From Proteromonas lacertae (lineage: Eukaryota), in the NCBI GenBank assembly GCA_002245135.1, contig NGBS01000889.1:1-64000 (forward strand): 64,000 nt of DNA, given 5' to 3'. Within the stretch, counting starts at the first letter, position 1. The number at the start of each line of letters is the position of its first letter. Positions 53,805 to 64,000 of this stretch are shown one piece after another. Both the position numbers and the translations under genes were made by a program. A model generated the notes under the pieces. That model saw only the letters and a program-made list of their open reading frames with translations, did no database searches and was not told the DNA's origin.

Positions 53805-56800
53805 TCACTTTCCAGCTGCTAATCCTTTCTCTTCTTTTGGAGCTGCAGCTGTGGCTTTCTCTGGAGCTGATTCACTATTCTCTCCATTCTTCTCTCTAGC
53901 TTCCATTGCAGCTTTAGCTGCTTGTGCTTGAGCTGTTCTCATTCCTCTTCTAGTAGCTCTCTTCTTGGCAGAACTAGCACGAGCATATACACAGAATCCA
54001 ATCAATAATAAGAAGATTACACCAGCTATTGAAGCAACTACTATAACTGCTGTTGAGGTTTTCTTACTCACTATTTCTTCGGCTGAACAATTATCTTCTA
54101 AAGTCTCCCAATGAGGATTCATACCAGCTGTACATCTTCTTGTCATTGTTCTTGTTGATCCTGTACATTGAATTGTTACTGTTTTACCTTGTTCAGTTGC
54201 TGGCCATGAACCATCAGTCATACATCTAACTGTATCTACACGAATGTGAATATTTCCATATAATTCATCAGAAACTGGATTTTTAACTGTTACTCTGAAT
54301 GTGGTTAAAGCCATTTCTGCTTTGGGAATTCCTGTTATTTCACCAGTTGATGTATTGAATTTCAATCCTGGAACTGTTGTTTCAAGAGATGGAGTTATTG
54401 CATATTCTAATTCAGCACCATATACACTAAATGTTGGAACTAATCCAGCCACATCAAAATCTTTAAATACTGTTGAGGTTTTATTACTAATAACAAAATC
54501 TTTAATCATCTTTAATGAACAAACAAGTGAAAATACTGGTTCTGGTCCCCATGATGGACTTCCACCTAAATCATTACACATTCTATTCTGTTTACCACTA
54601 TAACCTTCTGGACATTCTCTTAAACATTCACTTCCAGCTACTGTTGCAGCCCATTTACCATCTGGAGCACATAACTTGTTGTTACAAGCATCAAATGTTA
54701 CTTCCATCAATTCTAAACCTTTTTCATTTGGATTTGGATCTGAATCACATGCTGCTAAACCTGGAATACCAATTGTAGTAACATTAATTAATACACCATC
54801 AAAAGAGTCTGACATACCATAAATATAAAATTCTCTTGTTAATTTACGACTGTCCTGCCAATTACTATCATCATCTGGATTATAACTATCTCTCCATATA
54901 ATTTGATCTTGCGAATCTAATAATTTCCATGTTTTACCACCATCAGTTGTTGCATATAAATCCCATGAAAATGGATCTCTTCTATTACCTGTATCTCCAC
55001 TTGTTAAAGTATATTTGTTGAAGAATTCTAGATTGTCCATTTGGCCACATGAATGTTAACTCAACACCACTACAACCACTTCTTACATAACCTTTTGTAT
55101 TTTTATTACCATCAACCCAATTATTCAATGGTGAATCTCTATATACATAATCTGGACCATAATTGTTTGATACATCCATTCCTCTTACAGTTCTTCTACT
55201 ACAATCAGCAACTATATAATTGAAGAAAGCAGCAAATGGATTGATATTTACACTATTTCTGTGTTTATGAACTTCTGCAGCAATATAATTCACACCATTT
55301 TGTAATATATCAGCTGAAGCACCAGTTTTTCTTAACACTTATATTACTTCCTGTGTATATTTCTGTGGCATAAGTATTAGCTTGTTGATTTGCTGGAACA
55401 TTTCTTCTGTAGAATTCTTTGTTGTTTAAGTAAGCAACAATACCAGCATCATATTTAAAACCAGCTTCAAAAGCAGCTATCTTTCTAATATCAAAATCAT
55501 CAGGAATTGTGAATGTTGTTCTGTAATAAGTTGTATAAACTCTATCACCTCTATCTGGATAACTTCCTGGAATATAAGATTCCCATTCACCTGGTTTGAA
55601 GTTATTATACCAATTTCTATTATTAGTTGTTGGACTATATTCCCAAGCTGAATTTGGTGGACTTAAATAAGCAACATTGAATACTTGAGTTTTTTCCTCA
55701 TTACCATTATATATTGTATCACCATCAGCTAAAGAAATAGTCAAAGCATTTGAATCCCATCCTCCACTAAGACTTAAAGTGTAATTATCTGGATACATAC
55801 AGAATGATCTTTTTGTTGTTGTATATGGATAAATACCAAAATCCCAATTTATAATATAATCTTGTTTATCTTCTGGTGGTTCTAATCCTCTGAAAAAGTA
55901 ACCATAAGCATACCAACCAGCACCACTAGATCCTGTTGAACTAGCAGCAATTTGAGCAGGGAATGATCCTTCTGGACATGGTTCTGTTTTGATTGTTAAT
56001 TGAGTTGTTCCTGATCCTGCTTTATTTGTACATGTTACTGTAAATGTTAAACCATCTGGATTGTTATACATTGAATTACCAGTGATTGTTCCTGTTTTAT
56101 TATCAAATACTAATAAATCAGGAAGATTAACTGGATTAATTGAACAGTAATCAGCACCATAACTAATAATTGGTGATATAACAGCACCAATACCTCTTTG
56201 AATAGTATAAGCACCACCATCACCATCTGGATATTCGATTTGAGGTGATGAAGAAGAACCAATATTAACTGAAAATTGAACTACAACATTATCTGGAGAA
56301 TCAACTCCTTTCACTTTATCATTTAAAGTATATTTACCATATCTATAGATACTCTTTCCTTCACCATAAACCCAATATTCACCTGGAACTGAATATTTAT
56401 TTGGACCTACTGTAACTTGATAAAGTCCATCATCAACACATCCGTATTTATCAAATGTACCAAATGCTGTTCCTGATCTGTCCATTATGACAGCTCCATC
56501 AAATGTTGATAATTTCATTGTTTGATGAATAGCATTTCCGAGATTTGCACCACCAGTAAATACCATTCTCACAAACGATTTTCCTGATTCACATGCATCA
56601 ATTTGAATTGGTATTAATGCTTGAGTAATACCACCATCAGATTGACCAAAGATTGTTATGGTTCCTGAAGCTGATTCTAATGGAATTCCACTTATTGCAC
56701 CTGTGGCTGAATCTACACTTAAACCAAGTGGTAATCCACCTTCTACATAATAATTTACACCTTCAGGAGCAGTTGTTGGAGCTACTGCATCTATTGATAA

Positions 56801-59003
56801 TCCAATTGTACCAGCTACTGTTTTACCAGTATAATCAATTGGAATTGGAGCTACATATTTTACTACTTCAATTTCTACTGTCGCTGTTAATACACTTGTT
56901 CTATCAGTTGAAGTGGCTGTTACTGTATATTTTGTTCTGTAAGATGAATCAACTGTTGGTGTTCCTGAGATTACACCAGTTCTTGAATCACATCTTAAAC
57001 CGGATGGCAATGATGGATAAATACTGAATGATTGATATATCTTTTTTGACATAAAGATAATTGGTCTATTTGCTTCAAGTTGAATTTGAGACATGTAAAT
57101 AGCAACTGCAGTTTCATAAGATAATGATGATGATGGTAAGTAATAATAATAATCAGAAGGAATATAATTCTTTTCCATCATATCTGCACCTCCTGACCAC
57201 CATAACTGTACTTGCTTCAATGAATTTGTATATGATTTTAAATATGTAAACTCAATTGCTCTTGGACCTTCACTTGTTGTTAATGAAGCTTGACCTGATC
57301 TTGTATTTGTTAAACATTGACCTTGAGTTGTAAATTGTTTCACATCTTGAGAATTTTGAGCAGTCCACATAACACGTGCAGAATCCATAACATCTGCACC
57401 ATAAATATAAGTACCAGATCTTGGGAAATTGATATAACCTTCATAAACTACTTTCAAATTTGTTCCATACTTTGCAATTAAACCTTCAAATGATTTACTT
57501 GATTTGTCTCTATTGATTGAAGCAATTACATGTTTTGCTATTAATGTTTCACCTTCACAACTGTCAACATAGCATGACGTTCTCTTACATGAATAATAAC
57601 TTGCCATTATACCTGGCTGTAAAATATCTGTTGAAATTGTAACAATTGTAATATAAATATCAGTAGTTGTTGTTGAAACACCATTCTTAGCAGTAATCTT
57701 ATATTTTGTAGATGTTTTTTCTATTGATGGATTACCTGTAATTCTACCATTAGCAAATACTAAACCAGTTGGTAAAGCTGGTTCAATATACCATTCAGTT
57801 GGACTTCCTTCAAAACTTGGTTGAATATTAACAGCAGTATAAATTCTAATAATATAATCACTTGATAAATAAGTTAAGAATTGAACTGGTTGTTGAGGAC
57901 CAGATATAAATTCACCACCTAACACTTCATAATACATAATACCAGCTGAGAATATCTTCCATTCAACATAATATTGAGTTGCACCTGTATTTTCATAATG
58001 TAATGAAGTAAATGCATGATCACCTTCAGTCATTGGAATTCTAACAACAACACCAGTTGTATAACCAATATGAGCAACTGGATGAGTGAAATTATTATCT
58101 AAAAATACCCATACACAATCATCAACTTTGAATCTGAATGAGTAAGTACCTGTTACAGGAGCATGAATAATACCATCATATCTAGTGAAATATCTTTCTT
58201 GAGGAAAAGCAGCTGGACAATTTCCATAACAATAATGATCTAATTCAGTGAAATAATAAGTGGTAATTGGATTCATATTTCCATTTTCAAAATCATATAA
58301 GTATGGATCATAAGTTTCAACACAACTTCCTCCTTCTTTTGGATCAGCATAACCATTTGGAGAAATTCTAGCCATTATACCAGGTGGTAATTTTGTATTA
58401 GCAACTACAATTATATTCACAGATACTGGTAATGAACCAGCAGTGTTTTTAGCTGTTACAACAATGGTAATAGCATTTGTAGCTGCAGTTGGAGTTCCAC
58501 TAATTGCACCAGTCACTGGATCTAAAGTCATTCCTGCTGGAATGTTGTTTGTTTGTTTTTCGAATGAAGTAGCTTCTGGATCACATTTAGGACCTTGAAT
58601 AATTGTATAAGTCTTCAATGGAATTTGAATTCTATCAGTAACACCATAGGTACAAGATTGAATTGCTGCAGTAACAGACATAGAGATTGTTGTTGTGGAT
58701 GTATCACCTGTAGGTCCTGTAAAGGTAATGATAAATGTAGTCTTGGGTAAAGCAGATGTTGGAGCACCTTTAATTGAACCATCACTTCCTAAATACAGAC
58801 CAGTTGGTAAAGCTGGATCAGATCCTGCATTTATCGGTATTGGTAAGCAAGATGGAATGATTTCTACCTCTTGATTTACAACATATGAGAAATCTGTGTT
58901 CCCATTGTTGTAAGTACACCTTGGGCCTTGTGCATAACCTATAAAAGTGATAACAAGCTAATATACAAGCAACAAATAAGAAGAATAGAACTATTGAGCT
59001 CAT
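53805..59003 (-). CDS. About 1,720-aa type I surface protein: ~7 He_PIG/putative-Ig repeats, 2 PA14-like domains, 2 HormR-like Cys modules, TM; two frameshifts (possible pseudogene)
   Basis: LPxGLxxDxxTGxISGTP repeats; YDGIIHAPVTGTYSFRFKVDD PA14 motif; CxxDGxWxAT...C modules; TM AVIVVASIAGVIFLLLIGFCVYA; 28-nt intron after the signal peptide; +1 shifts at about 55328 and 55030. Confidence 0.8.
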
Positions 59004-59130
59004 ATTTCTATAAAGATCTTAGATTTTTTGTAAGATCCAATTAAATATCAGTATAACAGTATTCATTGATTATCAAAACAAAATGACTTTTCATCACCGA
59101 ACATATAAAAATCTTCAGAATCATAGTATG

Positions 59131-59501
59131 CTGTTCTTGAAAGTTATTTCGAATCAATACATCACTATACAAAGTTACTACAGTATGATTCGCCTCTGAA
59201 GCATACTTTTATGAATCTATTCAAAATGAGGAGTATCTATATTAACATATTAGTAAAGCTAAATACATCTATTGTATTAATCCTTCATACATTCCTACTT
59301 ATCACTATTAACTCTCAATCTTTAATAAAACTTTTTCAGAGCAAGATAATTCTTCTGATCTTCTTCATTATTATCATGAAGAGTGTTTAATTCTAGCATA
59401 AAAAGGATAGAATGTTCAATATTTCTTATAAATTGATAAAAGAGTATCTATTATATAGCCATAGTGACTTATACATAGAAGTATTTTTCATATATTTATT
59501 A
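59131..59501 (+). repeat. 371-bp direct repeat, copy 1
   Basis: Matches 60684-61054 at offset 1553. Confidence 0.97.
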
Positions 59502-60683
59502 AAGAAGTAATAAAGCAACTACAAGATAATACATTTATTGAATGTATTTTTTGTGTATTTTTTGTATTATTTCTAAAATATGTATTTACCTTTAATTAAA
59601 TATGTTAAATAATATAAATCAAATAATAGAGATAATAATTCAATAAAATCATCTATTTTATCCACCAACCATATCTAAATATTTCTTTCAAATATTCTCC
59701 TTTAATTTTTGATGATACTTTAATTGTTTTTATTTCACCATCTCTTATCTTTTCACTTTTTATTTCTTCTATCTGTGTAAATAATGGCTGATCTCTTCTT
59801 AAATTTTTATTTATAACTTCTGGCTGCTCATTAACAGCTAATAACCCATCACATTCATAACAAGAATAATAGAGACTTCTTATATCATCTTTATATACTT
59901 CTTTTATTCAACACATATTCTAAATACAAACTTTGGTGAATAGTATCCATCTATATGATAAACAAGAACATATTTATATCCTTTTTTCTTATTCCATTAC
60001 CAATCTCCATTTTTATATTTGGCAACAAATTCTTCACTCAATCTCTCTATTTTGTCTTTTTATTTACTAATAATAATAAATTTCCCTTATTCGGGCATTC
60101 ATAATATAAGCATTTAACTTCTGGATAATCAGGCTTATCAACATAGCTTATAAATACATATTATTTGTGTATTCCACCATTCTTTTAATTAGATATTCCA
60201 TAAATTCGTTACTTTTATAATTAAATAGTTCTCTTTTCGTGTATATAAAATAAAATATACATCACAATTCAGCAGATATATAATTTATGTCATTTTTGAT
60301 TAATTTATATACATCTGTGCAATTTTTTACTTTTAATTAATTATTCTCTATTTTGTGGATTTAAGCATCCATAAATTACTATAGCATTGTGAATCTGTTT
60401 CAATCCATTTGTTAGATCTTTCATTAAACTCAGTATATCCTAAACATATTATATTAACACTGCCATATACATTCATTGATATATCATCTGTCTTTCACAT
60501 CTTTTCATACAAATTATTTTCAGCACTTTCATAATTCTTGTTTAACATTTTATCTTTGTATTGTATAATCGGATTAATTAAATTGTTGAAAATGAGTATA
60601 ATCGGTTCTTTTATGCATCAAATCATGATTTTGTAATTATTACAATGAAGCCACCACATAACTCACATATTATTTTTACCATA

Positions 60684-61054
60684 CTGTTCTTGAAAGTTAT
60701 TTCGAATCAATACATCACTATACAAAGTTACTACAGTATGATTCGCCTCTGAAGCATACTTTTATGAATCTATTCAAAATGAGGAGTATCTATATTAACA
60801 TATTAGTAAAGCTAAATACATCTATTGTATTAATCCTTCATACATTCCTACTTATCACTATTAACTCTCAATCTTTAATAAAACTTTTTCAGAGCAAGAT
60901 AATTCTTCTGATCTTCTTCATTATTATCATGAAGAGTGTTTAATTCTAGCATAAAAAGGATAGAATGTTCAATATTTCTTATAAATTGATAAAAGAGTAT
61001 CTATTATATAGCCATAGTGACTTATACATAGAAGTATTTTTCATATATTTATTA
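60684..61054 (+). repeat. 371-bp direct repeat, copy 2
   Basis: Matches 59131-59501. Confidence 0.97.
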
Positions 61055-61151
61055 TAGTAAAGCAACAATAGAATTAATTTCAAAATAATGTTGAATAAAA
61101 AACAAAACAAAAGAAACAAATAATTTATTTATTAATTATTAAAATCAACAT

Positions 61152-62116
61152 TTAAAATTTACCATCTATATCTCCTAGATTATTTAAGTAATACGTTGGA
61201 TAAATATCATTATTTGAAGTATATACTTCATCTAAACTACTCACTTGACCACTTAATACTAATAAAGTATCAATTCCATTTTTATTTCCAAATAATATAT
61301 CAGTTGATAAAGTATCACCAATCATTATACTTCTTCTTTCATCTAATTTCGGTCGAAGAGATTTTATACATTCAAATACTAACTCAGATGGTTTACCTGT
61401 TAATACATCTGCTTTTCTAGATGTTGACACTTCTAAAAACTCTATATTTGGTTCACCAGCTGGATATTGATAAGAATTAGCTTCTATATACTTTATATCT
61501 CTAATAAATAGAATTATTAAATTATACTTTTCACAAGCTATAAATTTACATTTTGGATTTTGTAAATATACTGTTGCCTTAGCTAATTTAGTGAAATTTA
61601 ACACTGTATCAAAGCCACAAACAACTGCATCTACTTCAGAGTTTATATCTATATCATTTACACTGAAATCATAATTATGATTATCTTCTAAACCATGTAC
61701 TTCTATTCCAACTTCTTTTATTTCATCACATAATCCTTCTTCTCCTATCATATATACACTTTTTATATTTCCTAATCTCTTTAAATATTCAGCAGCTACA
61801 AAACTCGATCTACAGGAATAAATATAACAAAATACATACGGTATCATTTGTGATTTATCAGCATCTATTCCATATCTTTTCAAACGATCTACATATCCTT
61901 GTCGGCTTAAAGAATTATTGTTTGACTATACTATAACAATAAAAATAATACAATAAAGAACACATCCTTTCCTGATTGTTTTAATGTATTTACTACATTT
62001 ATAGCTGATTTAATAGGATTATCACCATAATACAATACACCATCACAATCAAATAGAAATGTATCGTATTTATCAATCAATTGTGGAGTAAATATATCAA
62101 TTTTATAATCATTCAT
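61152..62116 (-). CDS. HAD subfamily IIA phosphatase, paralog 2
   Basis: FLFDCDGVLY, GKPS and MIGDTLSTDILFG; colinear with 51341-52324. Confidence 0.92.
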
Positions 62117-62195
62117 TTCGTATTTTCAACACAAAACAAAAATGAAAAAACAAGTCAAGCCAAACTATTTATTTTTATTTTTTAACTTAATTCTA

Positions 62196-63476
62196 ATGTT
62201 TAAGAAACTATGTAGCTTTATAAAGAAGAAAGATAAAAAGAAAGAAAAGAAAGAAAAAGAAAATAATGAAGAGATTCCTCAAGAAGACTCTGTAGTATGA
62301 TTATGTCGTTTTCTTTAAATAGGTTGAAGAAAATGTTGAAATGAATGACAAACCAGAAGATTTTGAAGGAGATGATCTTCCTGGAACTACTTACAAAGGA
62401 AAGAAACTTTGTTTAGATGATTTCGCTTTATTAAAGACAATTGGTAAAGGATCTTTTGGTAAAGTATATGAAGTGAAGATGAAAGATACAGGACAAATTT
62501 ATGCTATGAAAGTATTAAGTAAAGAGAGTGTAATTGCGTATTTATTGCTATAATTGATATATAATAAAAAATAGTCGTAAACAATATGAGCACACATTAG
62601 CTGAAAGAAGAATATTAGAAGCTGCAGCTCATCCATTCTTAGTGAAGTATAAAATGAAAATTGTATTAATATTAATTGAATAGTTTGAGATTTGCTTTTC
62701 AATCTCGTACAAAGTTATATATGGTATTAGATTTCTTTAATGGAGGTGAATTATATACTTACTTAACAAAAGGAAAGTTTTCCGAAGAACGAGCCAGATT
62801 CTATTCTGCAGAAATCGCATTAGGTTTACATCATTTACATAGTAGTGATATAATTTATCGAGATTTAAAACCTGAGAATTTATTATTAGACAGAGATGGT
62901 CACATTCGTATAACTGATTTTGGTTTAAGTAAAGAAGGTGTAGAAGGTGATACAGTTCGATCAATTTGTGGAACTCCTGAATATTTAGCACCTGAAGTGT
63001 TAAGAAAACAACCATATGGTAAAGGTGTAGATTGGTGGAGTTTAGGTACTTTAATATATGAGATGATAAGTGGTTTACCTCCATTCTATGATAAAAACCG
63101 TCAGAGAATGTACAAGAAGATATTAGAAGCTGAATTAGTCCAACCATCTTGTATGAGTGATGCTGCATTTGGAATAATTAAGAAATTTTTAGATCGAAAT
63201 CCAACAACAAGACTTGGTGTGAATGGATTTGATGAGATAAAGAAAGATCCATTCTTTAAAGGTATTGATTGGGATCGATTATTAAGAAAAGAGATTGAAC
63301 CTCCATTTAAACCAACTGTTAAAAGTGAAGATGATGTATCAAATGTTGATCCTGTATTTGTAGATGAATTGCCAACAGTAACTCCAACCCCAGCTGATGT
63401 AGCTTTGACTGATCCTGATGCATTTAATGGTTTTACTTATAAACCAGATACAATGGGTGAATCTTCTGCAAAATAA
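62196..63476 (+). CDS. AGC-group Ser/Thr kinase (PKB/SGK/S6K/Ypk-like) without a PH domain
   Basis: [35 protein letters not shown] and hydrophobic motif FNGFTY; three introns. Confidence 0.93.
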
Positions 63477-63642
63477 CGTAGTTGTTTTTAGATTTCTATT
63501 CGTCAGATGTAAATATTAAGGTTAATTGAGAAGAATTAATGAGTGTCATTATTAAGAGTATTATTATTATTATGTTTTATGTTTTATATATTTTTATTAT
63601 CAACGCAAAATAAAATATTACACTTATACAAAGAATTAATAA

Positions 63643-64000
63643 CTATTTTTCTGTTGGTTCTGTTGGCTGTTGTGGTGGTTCAACATTATTTTCATCATAA
63701 TCTTCAGCAGATCCTTTTTCTTCAAACAATTTTATCATTTGTTCTACAAATTCAGGATCTATTGATGGAGTTTGATTTTTACGAGGCATATATGATCTAA
63801 TTTCATCAAAATCTAAAGGAAGATAAGCTTTAACCTGCAAAACTTGAACTTGGGCTGGATAAGGACAATCTTGCAAATCGTTGGTAGTCCATGCAGAATT
63901 GTCAATTGCCATAGCTGGTTCACTTATAGCTTCAAATATTCCAAACAGTTTACGTGATGTATAGTTATACAAGAAAAGTTTTGTGAAATTTGGTTTCTAT
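63643..64000 (-). CDS. 3' end of a DCD (development and cell death) domain protein, partial
   Basis: FLYNYTSRKLFGIFEA...AIDNSAW...YPAQVQV matches the DCD consensus. Confidence 0.75.

Larger units (their letters stand above)
59129..61054. mobile_element. Putative non-autonomous LTR-like element (~1.93 kb) with long direct terminal repeats and 5-bp TSD
   Basis: Direct repeats 59131-59501 and 60684-61054 read as identical; TAGTA flanks both sides (59124-59128, 61055-61059); left end starts TG; no intact internal ORF. Confidence 0.6.

Noticed and set aside
30..63800. Short antisense track ORFs rich in L/F/Y/H/I (e.g. 30-410, 20144-22281 plus strand, 34163-36137 minus strand, 56653-57027)
   Set aside because: They are shadows of real genes on the opposite strand in AT-rich DNA and show no motifs.
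1..64000. Alternative genetic code or stop-codon reassignment
   Set aside because: Long conserved exons (ISWI, GH20, kinase) are free of in-frame stops, and nearly all ORF breaks are explained by short introns or single indels.
1..64000. tRNA or rRNA genes
   Set aside because: No GC-rich structured segment or recognisable cloverleaf was seen by eye; small ncRNAs cannot be excluded without a covariance search.

Overview
Very AT-rich, gene-dense eukaryotic DNA. Many short spliceosomal introns (about 26-50 nt, mostly GTAT...TAG) split most ORF-track entries into exons. Tiny introns, He_PIG/PA14 surface proteins and secreted GH20 enzymes suggest a gut stramenopile of Blastocystis/Opalinata type (inference only). 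The standout is a roughly 3,840-aa class C GPCR-like gene (18043-29875, minus) whose ectodomain is nine tandem UrtA/AmiC-like Venus-flytrap domains. Other structure: a 3.1-kb near-identical inverted duplication (1474-4606 / 9192-12320) that truncates IFT80, a PDI-like gene and an IQ-motif gene; a 30-bp tandem array coding a mucin stalk; a head-to-head beta-hexosaminidase pair with a palindromic shared promoter; a candidate U12-type AT-AA intron in a GalNAc-transferase; and a 1.9-kb element with identical 371-bp direct repeats and a 5-bp target-site duplication just upstream of a frameshifted Ig/PA14 surface-protein gene. Housekeeping genes include ISWI, an AGC kinase, a Rad52-like gene and two HAD phosphatases. 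Exon boundaries were read by eye and no database search was run.
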